Of a DNA stretch of 64,000 bases, positions 20,501-31,836 are shown piece after piece. The number at the start of each line of letters is the position of its first letter. Within the stretch, counting starts at the first letter, position 1. A model generated the notes under the pieces. It saw nothing but the letters and a program-made list of their open reading frames with translations. It searched no databases and was not told where the DNA came from. The DNA comes from Myxococcota bacterium (GTDB lineage Bacteria; Myxococcota_A; UBA9042; PHBI01; JAWLBL01), in NCBI GenBank assembly GCA_041687695.1, contig JAWLBL010000035.1, positions 15,693 to 79,692 of the forward strand. Direction: 5' to 3'. The translations under genes were made by a program, and so were the position numbers.

Positions 20501-21450
20501 TGGTCGCCTCCCACGTCCGACACCAGCGCGTCGTCGGCCATGCCGGCCGCGGGCCGGTCGACCAGGGTCATGGCCAGCTTCAGGCCGTCCGCGAGGCGGT
20601 TGCGCGTGTGCATGGCCGAGATGTTCAGCCCCAGCTGCACGATGGTCTTGGCCACGGTCGGCGAGATGCCGGTCAGGACGGTGCGCGCCCCCAGCAGCCG
20701 AACGGCCTCGGTCGTCTTGAGCAGGTGGTCGGCGACCTTGGTGTCGACGACGGCGACGCCCGCGATGTCGATGATGATGATGCGCGCCTGGTGCTCGACG
20801 ACGGCCATCAGCACGCGCTCCATCACCTGCTGGGCGCGCTGCGTGTCGACGGTCCCCACCAGCGGCAGGAGCAGGATGCGGTCGTGGATCTGGATGACCG
20901 GCGTGGAAAGCTCGCGGACGGCCGCCTGGTGGCGCTCGAGCGAGTCGACGAAGGCGGCGATGTAGGTGTCCATCGCGATGGCCATGTCGAAGGCGACCAG
21001 CTTCTCGATGCTCTGCTGCGCCGCGTGGAACTCCTCGCGCGACTCGAACTCGTGCAGCAGCCGGTCGAAGATGAGGCGCAGGTAGCGGGCGTAGGCGCCG
21101 ATGTACAGCTTGGGCGGCACGCCGACGCGCTCGTGGGCGAGGCCGATGCGCAGCCGATCGTCGACGTAGGCGAGGTCGCAGCGCCCCGCGAACAGCCCCA
21201 GGAAGTACTCGCGCTGGGCCTGCTTGACGTGCCGGATGGTCGCCTGGTCGGGGAAGTGTCGCCGGCTCTCCGCGTGGCCCAGGATGAGCTCGTAGAGGGA
21301 CTCGACGATGTCGTCCATGTACTTTTCGGCGAAGGGCCGCAGCCGCGCGAGCCGCGCGAGGTCCTCGTCGTGCAGCTCGAAGAATTCGCGGCGGCTGCGT
21401 AGCTCGGCCTCGTCGAACCGCAGCCGCGCCGTCAGATGTTGGTAGACCAT
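20497..21450 (-). CDS. rsbR: globin-coupled stressosome sensor RsbR (protoglobin + STAS)
   Basis: Globin region (RLRIGLAHERVGV), ELSTPVI, GTVDTQRA, DIAGVAVVDT, LTGISP. Confidence 0.93.
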   Translation of the reverse strand: MVYQHLTARLRFDEAELRSRREFFELHDEDLARLARLRPFAEKYMDDIVESLYELILGHAESRRHFPDQATIRHVKQAQREYFLGLFAGRCDLAYVDDRLRIGLAHERVGVPPKLYIGAYARYLRLIFDRLLHEFESREEFHAAQQSIEKLVAFDMAIAMDTYIAAFVDSLERHQAAVRELSTPVIQIHDRILLLPLVGTVDTQRAQQVMERVLMAVVEHQARIIIIDIAGVAVVDTKVADHLLKTTEAVRLLGARTVLTGISPTVAKTIVQLGLNISAMHTRNRLADGLKLAMTLVDRPAAGMADDALVSDVGGDQ

Positions 21451-21531
21451 CGCTCGCTCCCGAAAAGGCCGGCACGCTTTTAACCCGCCCGCGCCCGGCC
21501 CGCCAGCGTTGTCGAGCCCGCCGCTCCAGGC

Positions 21532-22773
21532 TTGACGTCATCCGCCTCGCTCCCGACACTCGCGCCCGTGTCGGCCTCGCCCCCCAACGTGGACACCAAG
21601 ACGCCCATCGAGGTGCTCGTCCACTTCAGCCACCTGCTCGCCACGACGGACGCTCCCGACGAGATCCTCGGGCTGCTCGCGCGCGCCGCGGTCGACCACC
21701 TGGGCGCCGACGGCGCGGGCGTGCTCGAGATCGCCGGCGACGAGGCCCACCTGGTCGCGGCCGCCGGGCTCCCCGTCGCCTCCCCGGCCGCCCACCCCAG
21801 CCCGTCCTTCGAGGTCGAGACCATCGGCCCCGAGCTCGGCGATCGCCTGCTCGCCGCCTGGCACCTGCCCGACGGCGTCGCCCACACCCTGCCGCTCGTG
21901 TCGGGCGGCGACCTCTTCGGCGTCCTGGTCCTCGTCTGCGCGACCGGCCACCGCCACCACCTGGCCGAGCTGCAGCTCGGGCAGGCCCTGGTGGATCTGG
22001 CCGCCACGGCCCTCAGCAAGGCCCACCGCCTGGCCCAGCTCGAGCGCGCCTACGCCGAGCTCGAGGCCTCGCGCGACGTCCTCGTCCGCACCGAGAAGCT
22101 GCGCGCCCTGGGCGAGATGTCGACCGGCGTGGCCCACGACCTCAAGAACATCCTGACCCCGCTCATCCTCGCCGTCACCCAGCTCAAGCGGAACCCGGAC
22201 GTCCCCAAGGCGACGCTCGAGATGGTCCTGGGCTCGATGGACCGCGTCCTCGTCCGCGGCCTGCAGACCGTCGACCGCCTGCGCCTGTTCGGCCACCAGT
22301 CCGCCGACAGCCCCGCCCAGGCCGTCGACGTCGACGCCCTCGTCGACGAGGCCGTCCACATGGCCAACGGCCACATCAAGCCCGGCCAGATGGCCCGCAT
22401 CGTCACCGAGCGCGGCGCCCCACCGCTCATCCGCGTGCAGCCCTCCGAGCTCGTCGCCGCCCTGGTGAACCTGCTGGTCAACGCCCTGCACGCCATCGGC
22501 GGCGCCGGCCGCGTCACCGTGACGACCCGCGCGGCCGCTGGAGGCGCCGAGATCCTGGTCGCCGACACCGGCCCGGGCATGACGGCCGAGGTCAGAGAGC
22601 GCGTCTTCCAGCCGTTCTTCACCACCAAGGGCCGCGAGGGCACGGGCCTCGGCCTGGCGATGGTCTACGCCCTGGTGCAGCGCAGCCACGGCCTCATCCA
22701 CCTCGACTCCGAGCCGGGCGAGGGCGCCACCTTCACCCTGTGGTTCCCCGCCGCCGAGCCCCCCGCCGCCTGA
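21532..22773 (+). CDS. GAF-domain sensor histidine kinase
   Basis: GVAHDLKN, NLLVNA, DTGPG, FFTTK, GTGLGL; start uncertain. Confidence 0.9.
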   Translation: MTSSASLPTLAPVSASPPNVDTKTPIEVLVHFSHLLATTDAPDEILGLLARAAVDHLGADGAGVLEIAGDEAHLVAAAGLPVASPAAHPSPSFEVETIGPELGDRLLAAWHLPDGVAHTLPLVSGGDLFGVLVLVCATGHRHHLAELQLGQALVDLAATALSKAHRLAQLERAYAELEASRDVLVRTEKLRALGEMSTGVAHDLKNILTPLILAVTQLKRNPDVPKATLEMVLGSMDRVLVRGLQTVDRLRLFGHQSADSPAQAVDVDALVDEAVHMANGHIKPGQMARIVTERGAPPLIRVQPSELVAALVNLLVNALHAIGGAGRVTVTTRAAAGGAEILVADTGPGMTAEVRERVFQPFFTTKGREGTGLGLAMVYALVQRSHGLIHLDSEPGEGATFTLWFPAAEPPAA

Positions 22774-22790
22774 GGACCCGACCCCGCGCT

Positions 22791-24980
22791 TCAGCGCGGC
22801 AGGTCCACGCGAAAGCGCGCGCCGCCGCTGACCGCCTCGCCGACCGCGATGCGGCCGCCCAGCGCCTCGACGATGCGCCGCACGATCCACAGCCCCAGGC
22901 CGTGGCTCTCGCTCGCGGCCTCGTCCGTCGCGCGATAGAACCGCTCGAAGACCAGCTCCCGGTGCTCGGGCGCGATCCCTGGGCCCCCGTCGGACACCTC
23001 GATCCAGGCGGTCTTCGCGTCCGCCCCGATCTCGATGAGGATGGGCCGCCCCGTCCCGTACTTCACCGCGTTGGTCAGCAGGTTCGTCAGGATCTGCTCG
23101 ATCCGCACCCGGTCCCACCGCCCCCGCACCTGGCCTTCGCACACGCAGCTGGCCTCGCACGCGCCGGCGTCCAACAGCTCGGCCTGCCGCGCGAGCACGT
23201 CGCGCGCCACCTCGGCCAGGTCCAGATCCTCCGGGAACACCTCGACCGGGCCGGTCGAGCGCCCCGTGGCCAGCAGATCGTCGATGAGCCGCACCGCCCG
23301 ATCGACCGTCTCGCGGCTGCGCGTCATGGCGGCCTCGAGCCACTCGCCGCTGACCCGCTCGGGGCTCTTGCGCAGCGTCCGCATCACCATGTCCTGCTGC
23401 AGCCGCAGCGCGGCCAGGGGCTCCTTCAGGTCGTGCGACGCCATCGCCAGCAGATCCTCGCGCGCCAGCCGCTCGGCCTCGTCCCGCACCGCCCGCGCGC
23501 GCTCGGCCTTGGCCCGCCGGGTGTCGCTGATGTCGATGCCCGTCCCCACGAAGTGCGTCGCCTGGCCCTCGTCCCGCGACACGGGCGAGAACGACCAGGC
23601 GATCCAGCGCCGCTCTCCGCCGCGCGTCGTCCACGCCAGCTCACACCCGCGCGGCTGGCCGCTCTGGCGCACGCGCCCCAGCGTCTCGTCCAGGCTGGCC
23701 AGGTTCTGGGCAGAGACCATGCGCCGGTAGCCGTGGTCGCGGGCGTCCTCGAAGCTGAAGCCGGTCAGGCGCTCGCACGCCGGGTTCCAGCGCACCAGCC
23801 GCGCCTCGGCGTCCAGCACGATCACCAGGGTCCCCAGGGCGCCCAGCACGTCCCCGCTCACCCCGAAGGCGCCGTCGACCCGCGCCTTGGCGTCCAGGTG
23901 CCGCTCCATCGTGACCCGCGACCGCTCGAGCGCCGCCGCCGTCGCCTCGGCCACGCGCTCGAGGGCCGCCCGGCCCCCGGCGTCGGGCGTCGCCGACGGC
24001 GCGTAGGCGACCGAGAGCATGCCCAGCGTGCGACCGCCGACGATGAGCGGGATGAACCCGAAGGCCTCGCGCTTGCCCAGCTCGGGGGTCTTCGCGACGA
24101 GCTCGGGGTAGCGCTGCGCCATCTCGGTCCGCGACGCGATCCACAGCGGCCGCCCCATCGCGATCGCCTCGGTCACCGGGTTCACCACCGGCGTCTGCAC
24201 CCGGAGGCTGGACCACTCGCGCATCAGCTCCGTCGGGATCCCGCTGGCGGCCGTCAGCTCCAGGGTGCGCCAGAGCGGATCGAGCAGCCACAGGATCGCC
24301 GCCCGCCCGCCCACCGCGCGCCGACCCTCGTCCACCGCGGCCTCGGCCACCTCCAGCGGCGTGGCGATGCCCTGCAGGGCTTGGGTGAAGCGCTCCACGT
24401 CCTCGGGACCGACGGTGGTCGCGGCCGGCGGGTCCCCTCGCCGCATCGCGCCGAACGACTCGGCCAGCCGCACGGCGATGGGTTCGATCCCGAGCAGCTG
24501 CGGATGAGACAGACCCAGCGTCGCGCACGTCCCCACGGTCAGCGCCCCCACCAACTCACCCCGGCACAGCAGCGGAAACACCGCCAAGCCCCCAAGGAGC
24601 GGCTCGACGTCCATGAACACCGGCAGCCGGTCGGCGTCGTCACGCGCCGTCTCGAGCAGCCGCCGCGCCACCGCCACGCCGTCGACGGCCCCGACGCCTC
24701 GCTCCGTCGCGCCGTCGCCTGCCCCCCCGCAACGCCCCCGTGCCGGACATTCGTGCATCTGCACAACCCGCAGGCTGCCGCCGCCCTGCAGCGCGGCGTC
24801 GACGGCATACCAGTCGACGATCGCGGCCAGATCCCGCGCCTCTTTGTGCAGTGCAGCGAATTCGCCGCCCTCGGCCGAGCGCGAAGTGGCAGACGGGCCC
24901 TCCGGCGGTGATGCGAACGCCGGCCGGACCCCTCCCTGCCGCGATTCGCCCTGGCCAGGCAGCCGCGTGGAGTCGGTCAC
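22791..24980 (-). CDS. GAF/PAS sensor histidine kinase
   Basis: GAF regions, PAS/PAC (WNPACERLTG...GTGIDIS), SHDLKEPL, NLLTNAVKYG, DGGPG, GLGL; start uncertain. Confidence 0.88.
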   Translation of the reverse strand: MTDSTRLPGQGESRQGGVRPAFASPPEGPSATSRSAEGGEFAALHKEARDLAAIVDWYAVDAALQGGGSLRVVQMHECPARGRCGGAGDGATERGVGAVDGVAVARRLLETARDDADRLPVFMDVEPLLGGLAVFPLLCRGELVGALTVGTCATLGLSHPQLLGIEPIAVRLAESFGAMRRGDPPAATTVGPEDVERFTQALQGIATPLEVAEAAVDEGRRAVGGRAAILWLLDPLWRTLELTAASGIPTELMREWSSLRVQTPVVNPVTEAIAMGRPLWIASRTEMAQRYPELVAKTPELGKREAFGFIPLIVGGRTLGMLSVAYAPSATPDAGGRAALERVAEATAAALERSRVTMERHLDAKARVDGAFGVSGDVLGALGTLVIVLDAEARLVRWNPACERLTGFSFEDARDHGYRRMVSAQNLASLDETLGRVRQSGQPRGCELAWTTRGGERRWIAWSFSPVSRDEGQATHFVGTGIDISDTRRAKAERARAVRDEAERLAREDLLAMASHDLKEPLAALRLQQDMVMRTLRKSPERVSGEWLEAAMTRSRETVDRAVRLIDDLLATGRSTGPVEVFPEDLDLAEVARDVLARQAELLDAGACEASCVCEGQVRGRWDRVRIEQILTNLLTNAVKYGTGRPILIEIGADAKTAWIEVSDGGPGIAPEHRELVFERFYRATDEAASESHGLGLWIVRRIVEALGGRIAVGEAVSGGARFRVDLPR

Positions 24981-25085
24981 GATATCCCCCCGAAGTCGGG
25001 CCTGCGTGTGGCTCCGATGAAGGACAAGATACCGCCGATGGCGCCCGGCTGCCAAGGGCACAGCCGTATTCTTTGGGAATACGAG

Positions 25086-26483
<1,398 letters not shown>

Positions 26484-26558
26484 CTTGCTCTCCTCGTTGG
26501 GCCGTCGGGCGGTCGGAGCGTGTCTCGCGCCCCCATCCGGGTCCTCGCCGGGTCATTC

Positions 26559-26574
26559 TGCACACGGCGTGCCG
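26559..26574 (-). promoter_or_regulatory. sigma54 (-24/-12) promoter
   Basis: Minus strand CGGCACGCCGTGTGCA, GG-N10-GC, upstream of the NtrC-like gene. Confidence 0.65.
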
Positions 26575-26639
26575 AATCCGGTCCGACCCTGTCCGCGCGC
26601 CGTGCTGCGGGCCGTGGCGACGCGCGCGTCCTCGTCTTG

Positions 26640-26675
26640 GTGCGAAAGGCCACACCGGGCCGTGCTATTTCCCAC
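26640..26675. promoter_or_regulatory. paired putative enhancer boxes, GTG-N8-CAC
   Basis: GTGCGAAAGGCCAC (26640) and GTGCTATTTCCCAC (26662), 22 bp apart. Confidence 0.55.
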
Positions 26676-28191
26676 ACCCCGTAGCATCGGCCAGGGGCAG
26701 CTCGATGGTCATCACGGTGCCTCCGTCGGGCGGGCACACCAGATCGACCGTGCCGCCGTGGGCCTCGACCATGCGCCGCACGATGGCCAGGCCCAGCCCG
26801 GTGCCCTTGTGGCGCGTCGTGAAGAACGGCTGGAAGACCCGGTCTCGCACGTCCGGCGGGATCCCCGGTCCCTCGTCGGCCACCGCGATGCGGCACGTGC
26901 GCTCCCCCCGAGTGAGGGTCAGCCGTACGGGGCGTCCGGTGATGCCGGCCTCGTCGAGGGCCTGAGACGCGTTGAGCAGCAGGTTGAGCACGGCCTCGCG
27001 CAGCAGCGCCGCGTCCGCCGCGACGACGACCGGCGTCGCCGGCCGCTCGAAGACGACCTCGCCCTGCCCGGGCGAGTCGGCGAGCAGCGCCCTGGTCTCC
27101 TCGAGCAGGGCCCCCAGCTCGACCTCGGCCATGAGCGGCGTCCGCGGCCGCGCGTACAGCAGCAGATCCTCGAGCTTGAGCGTCAGCGTCTTGATGCGCT
27201 CGACGATGCTGCCGATGACGCGCCGCTCGGGGCTGGCTTCGGGCAGCCGCGTCGCGATGACCTGCACGGCCCCGCCGATCCCGGTCAGGGGGTTGCGCAC
27301 CTCGTGGGCCACCATCGCCGCCATCTCACCCAAGGTCGCCAGCGCCGCCTGCTCGCGCAGCCGCTGCTCGGCGCGCTTGCGCTCGGTGATGTCGTTGCGG
27401 ATGGACAGGTAGCGATAGGGCCGGCCGCGCTCGTCCAGGAACGGGACGATGGTCGTGTCCACCCAGTAGAAGTGCCCGTCCTTGGCGCGGTTGCGGATCT
27501 CGCCGCGCCACACGCCCCCCTGCCCGATGGTCCGCCACATCTCGCGGAAGAACTCGCGCGGGTGGTAGCCCGAGTTGACGATCCGGTGATCCTGCCCCAT
27601 CAGCTCGTCGCGCGCGTAGCCGCTGATCGCGCAGAAGCGGTCGTTGACGTAGATGATGCGACCGCGCTGGTCGGTGGTCGCCACGATGCTCGCCTGGTCG
27701 AGCGCCTGCTTCATCTCCTCGAGCTCGCGGCGCGAGGCCGCCAGGGCGCGGTCCGCGTCGTGGCGCTCGGTGAAGTCCAACCCGGAGCAGAGCAGGCCCA
27801 CGCGCCCGGTCGCGTCCTTGAGCGGCGTGTGCTGCCAGCGCACCTGTCGGATCTCGCCCGCCCGCGTCAGCATCGGCAGCTCGAGCGGCTCGTCGGCCTC
27901 GGGGCTCCCCGCCAGACAGCGCTCGAGCGCCTCGCGCGCGCCCAGCTCCGCCGACGGCGGCAGCGACCGCGCGAACCAGTCCTGTCCGATCAGCTCCTCC
28001 GCGGTCCACCCGACCACCTGCGCGAGCCGCTCGTTGGCCAGCGTGACGCGCCCCTCGCGGTCCAGCGCCACGACGTACGCCTCGGCGATGTCGAGCACGA
28101 GCGCGGCCACGCGCGCTTTGTCGCCCACCACGCCCGCCTCGGCCGCCGGCGCCCGCGCCGCCACGTCCGCTCGTCGTCCCTCGGCCGTCAC
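26665..28191 (-). CDS. PAS-PAS sensor histidine kinase
   Basis: Two PAS/PAC domains (YVNDRFCAISGY...WRGEIRNRAKDG), AHEVRNPL, DEGPG, GTGLGL; GTGA overlap with the receiver gene. Confidence 0.93.
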   Translation of the reverse strand: MTAEGRRADVAARAPAAEAGVVGDKARVAALVLDIAEAYVVALDREGRVTLANERLAQVVGWTAEELIGQDWFARSLPPSAELGAREALERCLAGSPEADEPLELPMLTRAGEIRQVRWQHTPLKDATGRVGLLCSGLDFTERHDADRALAASRRELEEMKQALDQASIVATTDQRGRIIYVNDRFCAISGYARDELMGQDHRIVNSGYHPREFFREMWRTIGQGGVWRGEIRNRAKDGHFYWVDTTIVPFLDERGRPYRYLSIRNDITERKRAEQRLREQAALATLGEMAAMVAHEVRNPLTGIGGAVQVIATRLPEASPERRVIGSIVERIKTLTLKLEDLLLYARPRTPLMAEVELGALLEETRALLADSPGQGEVVFERPATPVVVAADAALLREAVLNLLLNASQALDEAGITGRPVRLTLTRGERTCRIAVADEGPGIPPDVRDRVFQPFFTTRHKGTGLGLAIVRRMVEAHGGTVDLVCPPDGGTVMTIELPLADATGCGK

Positions 28192-28628
28192 GACAGACAC
28201 GCGGCGATCTGCCCGGCGATCGTCTCGAGGTCGAAGGGCTTGTCCACGAAGGCCCGCACGCCGCCCGCCACCGCCCGCGCCGTCACCGCGTCGCTCCGAT
28301 GGGCCGTCATCAGGATGACGACGGCGCCCGGCGCCGCCGCCCGCACGTCCGCGAGCAGACTCAAGCCGTCCGAGTCGGGCAGCTTGAGGTCGAGCAGCAC
28401 GACGTCCGGCGGCCGCGCCGACGGGTCGGCCAGCCGCGCGCGCGCCTCGCCGATGCTGGCGGCCTCGCGGACCTCGCAGCCGAGCTCGCCCAGGCGCTGC
28501 GTGAGCGACCACCGGATGAGCTCCTCGTCGTCGACGACCAGGACGGCGCGGCCGGCGAGGCTGGGCGGGACGTCGTCCTGACCTCGCGGGCCGCGCGCGG
28601 GCGGTACTGGCAGCGTCATCGGGCCCAT
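28188..28628 (-). CDS. single-domain response regulator
   Basis: VVDDEELIRWSL, LLDLKLPD, MTAH, DKPFD. Confidence 0.9.
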   Translation of the reverse strand: MGPMTLPVPPARGPRGQDDVPPSLAGRAVLVVDDEELIRWSLTQRLGELGCEVREAASIGEARARLADPSARPPDVVLLDLKLPDSDGLSLLADVRAAAPGAVVILMTAHRSDAVTARAVAGGVRAFVDKPFDLETIAGQIAACLS

Positions 28629-28662
28629 GGGGAACCTCTCGGGTGGGCGGGCGGGCACGTGG

Positions 28663-29139
28663 TCAGGCCTCGGGCGATGGCGCGGCCCGCCGCACGACCA
28701 GCACGGGGACCGACGCCAGACGCACGACGCGCTCGGCCACGGAACCCAGCAGCGCGCGCTTGATGCCCGTGCGGCCGTGCGTGCCGACCACGATGCGGTC
28801 GACACCCAGCTGCGTGGCGGCCTCCAGCACGGCCTCGGCCGCGTGCCCGACCCGCAGCTCGGGGTCGCAGTCGACGCCCGGGAACGTGCGCTCGACGCGC
28901 TCCGCGGCCTCTTGCAGGCTCGCCCGCGCGCGCTCGGAGGCCTGCGCGTGGACGTCCTCCCACGATCCCAGGCTGCCGTAGCCGCCCAGCGGGTCCAGGG
29001 TCACGGGCGCCGGCGCGAGGTCCAGCACGTGCAGCAGCACGATGCGGCCCTGACGGGCGACCAGCTCGCGCGCCGCCTCGTTCAGGGCCTCCTCGGCCGA
29101 CTCTGAGAAATCGTAGGCCACCAGCCAGGTCGGGTTCAT
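28663..29139 (-). CDS. universal stress protein
   Basis: LVAYDFSES...IVVGTHGRTG...LLGSVAERVVR..PVLVV. Confidence 0.94.
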   Translation of the reverse strand: MNPTWLVAYDFSESAEEALNEAARELVARQGRIVLLHVLDLAPAPVTLDPLGGYGSLGSWEDVHAQASERARASLQEAAERVERTFPGVDCDPELRVGHAAEAVLEAATQLGVDRIVVGTHGRTGIKRALLGSVAERVVRLASVPVLVVRRAAPSPEA

Positions 29140-29180
29140 CGCGGACTCCATCATTCGAGAGGTGGGTTCGAGCAGCCGGG

Positions 29181-29615
29181 TCAGGGGACGATGGTGACGG
29201 GGACCTTGCTGTGGGCAGCCAGGGCGCGCGAGACGCTGCCCTCGATGGCGCGGCGGAACGGCCCCTTGCCGGTCCGGCCGAGCACCACCATCTGAACGCC
29301 CTCGCGCTCGGCGAGATCCAGCAGCCGGTCGGCGACGTGGCCGATCTCGACGTGGGCATGGACGGGCGGCGCCTCCGGGCCGAGGCGCAGGACGGCCGGC
29401 CGCAGCACCTCGGCGTCGACCCGCTGCTCGAGCGCCTGCACGTCGGTCCAGGCGATGCCGTCGCGCGTGAACATCTCGAGGGGCGGCGTCTCGAGCACCG
29501 CCACCACCTCGAGCGACAGGCCCTGGGCGGTGGCGAGCCGCGCGGCCAGCGCCAGCGCGCGCAGGCTGGGCTCGGAGCCGTCGATCGGGACGAGGAGGCG
29601 GTCGGTCGTGGTCAT
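29181..29615 (-). CDS. universal stress protein
   Basis: LVPIDGSEPS...VVLGRTG..GSVSR..PVTIV. Confidence 0.93.
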   Translation of the reverse strand: MTTTDRLLVPIDGSEPSLRALALAARLATAQGLSLEVVAVLETPPLEMFTRDGIAWTDVQALEQRVDAEVLRPAVLRLGPEAPPVHAHVEIGHVADRLLDLAEREGVQMVVLGRTGKGPFRRAIEGSVSRALAAHSKVPVTIVP

Positions 29616-29692
29616 GTCGTGTCCTGTGTAGGTAACGGTGTGCGGGGGCGGCGTGTCCAGCGCTCACCCCGCGTGCGGTCCACCCACGCTTC

Positions 29693-29708
29693 AGCACGTT
29701 CCATGCCA
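29693..29708 (-). promoter_or_regulatory. sigma54 (-24/-12) promoter
   Basis: Minus strand TGGCATGGAACGTGCT, GG-N10-GC, upstream of the USP genes. Confidence 0.72.
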
Positions 29709-29762
29709 GTGTGATATGCACCGCACTCCGCGGCGTCCCGCCAGCCCCGGGGCCGATACCCC

Positions 29763-29798
29763 GTGCCATCTGCCCCAGGCCGGCGTGTGTTCCCACAC
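29763..29798. promoter_or_regulatory. paired putative enhancer boxes
   Basis: GTGCCATCTGCCCC (29763) and GTGTGTTCCCACAC (29785), 22 bp apart. Confidence 0.45.
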
Positions 29799-29907
29799 AC
29801 CCGTCGCCGAGCGCTCCGCGGAGGGGGACCTCCCCTGCGGCCCCTGGGGGCGATTGCCCGGCCTCCGGCGACGGGTTAACGTTGGGCCCGGACGTGAGGG
29901 GGACACG

Positions 29908-31104
29908 ATGAGCGATCCCGCGAACCAGCAGCCCGCCGACGATCTGTACGACGTCGAGATGCCCGAGGCTTCCCCACCCGGCGTGGCGGCCGGGTCCGCG
30001 GCCGGGTCGCCGTCCGCGCCCGCCCGCCCGCGACGCCCACAGCGCGCCGCCGCGCCGCCGCCGCCCTTCAAGGTCCCGGCGCCGAACGTGCTGGATCTGC
30101 TGAAGGCGCATCTGGCGCGCGCGTTCGCCGTCGACGGCGGCCCCGAGCGCCTCGTCGCCGACGAGCAGCGCACCTTCGAGGTCACCAAGCCCGCCGTCGC
30201 GACCGAGCTGCTCGCGAAGGTCCTGCTCTGGCGACGCGCCAGCCTGACGATCGGCGGCCTGATGCTCGCCCTGGCGCTCCTGCTGCTGCTGGTCGACACC
30301 GCGACCAGCCTCTCGGCCATGAGGGGCTCGGCCGTCCTGATGGTCCTCGTGACCCTGACCGGCCTCGGCGTCCTGGGCTGGGCCGTCTGGCAGGCCTTCG
30401 CCGGCTGGGACTTCTGGGCGCGGCACCGCGGCGGGCTGCGCCTCGGGCTGCTGGTCGCCCTGGCCGCCGTCGCCGTCGGCTCCGTCCTGCGCGGCCACAG
30501 CCTGTACCTGTTCGCCCTCGCGCCGTGCCTGCTCGGCCTGACCCTGGGCACGGTCCGCATGGCCGGCTTCGCCAAGGCGGCCTTCCCCGGCGCCCGCGCC
30601 CCGGGTTGGGTGCTGACCTTCGCCTTCCCCGTCCACGCCGCGCTCGCCTTCAGCCTGCTCATCATGGCCTGGCAAGGCTTCGGCAGCGCCGTCTACCTGC
30701 TCGGCGCCCTCACGGTCGCCGCCATCCCGGTCTTCCACTGGCGCGCCGCCGCCGCCCTGTCACGCCCGGCCGAAGCCGCCGACGTCGTCGCCACCCTGGG
30801 CGCGGTCCGCCTCAAGGCCTGGCTCCTGGGCGGCATGGCCCTGCTCTACTTCCTGCTCGGCGCCATGCTCGCCCTCGACGGAGGCACCGTCGCGACCCTC
30901 ACCGCCCTGCTCTTGTGCGGCGCCTTCACCTTCGTCGGCGGCGTCGTCGCCTTCGACCTCTACTTCGAGCTCCAGACGCGCGTCGCCGCCGAGGCCACCG
31001 CCGACGCCGACCTCGCGCGATCCCAGGCCGAGCTGTGGACCGCCTTCGTGGCCGACGCCGCCCTCGAAGGCGAGCGCGCGGCCCGCCTCCCGGGCGGCGT
31101 CTGA
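29908..31104 (+). CDS. hypothetical multi-pass membrane protein
   Basis: Pro-rich N-terminus, ~8 hydrophobic segments, GC3-biased codons, RBS GAGGGGG. Confidence 0.75.
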   Translation: MSDPANQQPADDLYDVEMPEASPPGVAAGSAAGSPSAPARPRRPQRAAAPPPPFKVPAPNVLDLLKAHLARAFAVDGGPERLVADEQRTFEVTKPAVATELLAKVLLWRRASLTIGGLMLALALLLLLVDTATSLSAMRGSAVLMVLVTLTGLGVLGWAVWQAFAGWDFWARHRGGLRLGLLVALAAVAVGSVLRGHSLYLFALAPCLLGLTLGTVRMAGFAKAAFPGARAPGWVLTFAFPVHAALAFSLLIMAWQGFGSAVYLLGALTVAAIPVFHWRAAAALSRPAEAADVVATLGAVRLKAWLLGGMALLYFLLGAMLALDGGTVATLTALLLCGAFTFVGGVVAFDLYFELQTRVAAEATADADLARSQAELWTAFVADAALEGERAARLPGGV

Positions 31105-31108
31105 CCCG

Positions 31109-31303
31109 CTACCCTGGCGTCGTCGAAACCAGCGACACCACGGCCATCACGAGGAACAGGACGGCCGCGACGAGCAGCACCTTGCGGGCGACGCCCATCA
31201 GCTGCGTGCTCCCGACGCCGCGCGCGCCCTGCGGGCTCAGTCCCAGCACGGCCGCCAGGGCCGCGAGCAGCGCCGCGATGCCGAGCAGAGGGATCCAGGT
31301 CAT
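31109..31303 (-). CDS. small two-TM membrane protein (loosely DUF1328-like)
   Basis: MTWIPLLGIAALLAALAAVLG...VARKVLLVAAVLFLVMAVVSLV; RBS GGAG. Confidence 0.6.
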   Translation of the reverse strand: MTWIPLLGIAALLAALAAVLGLSPQGARGVGSTQLMGVARKVLLVAAVLFLVMAVVSLVSTTPG

Positions 31304-31417
31304 GGGTGGTCTCCGGGTCGTCCGGGTGAGGTCGGCCACCGAGGGCCTCTCGTGCTCGCCAACCCTAAGCACGGTCCCCCGGGGACGCCCTCACGCGGCC
31401 CGGACCACGCCGCCCCG

Positions 31418-31642
31418 TCAGCCCGCCGCGCGCGCCAGCGCCTCGAGCTCGGCCTCATCCGCCTCGGTCGCGTCCACGAACCAGGGGTCGCCCGGCGGCC
31501 CCTCGAGGTAGCGCGTCAGCAGGTCGCCCGGCCGCAGCGGCCCGGCCAGCCCGTCGAGCAGCAGCGCGACCGACAGGTCGTCCACCGACAGGGTCGAGGT
31601 CGAAGAGACGAGGTCATCGTTCTGCGCACGGAGCGTCACCAT
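31418..31642 (-). CDS. small acidic hypothetical protein
   Basis: ATG preceded by GAGGAGG; MVTLRAQNDDLVSS...EAELEALARAAG. Confidence 0.6.
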   Translation of the reverse strand: MVTLRAQNDDLVSSTSTLSVDDLSVALLLDGLAGPLRPGDLLTRYLEGPPGDPWFVDATEADEAELEALARAAG

Positions 31643-31836
31643 GGGGGCCTCCTCGGCGGGCAAGCTCACCGCCGTTACGAGGGCAACGACGACGGCGCGG
31701 CGGGCGACATTTCGGGCGCCGCGCGCTTTGCCACATCGTCTCGGAAGTGGCCCGCGGAGCGCCGCGATTGCCAAATCGGCACGCGCGACTTCCCGACGCT
31801 AACACCCCTGCCCGGCTCGGCCGACGGCCCGGTCGT

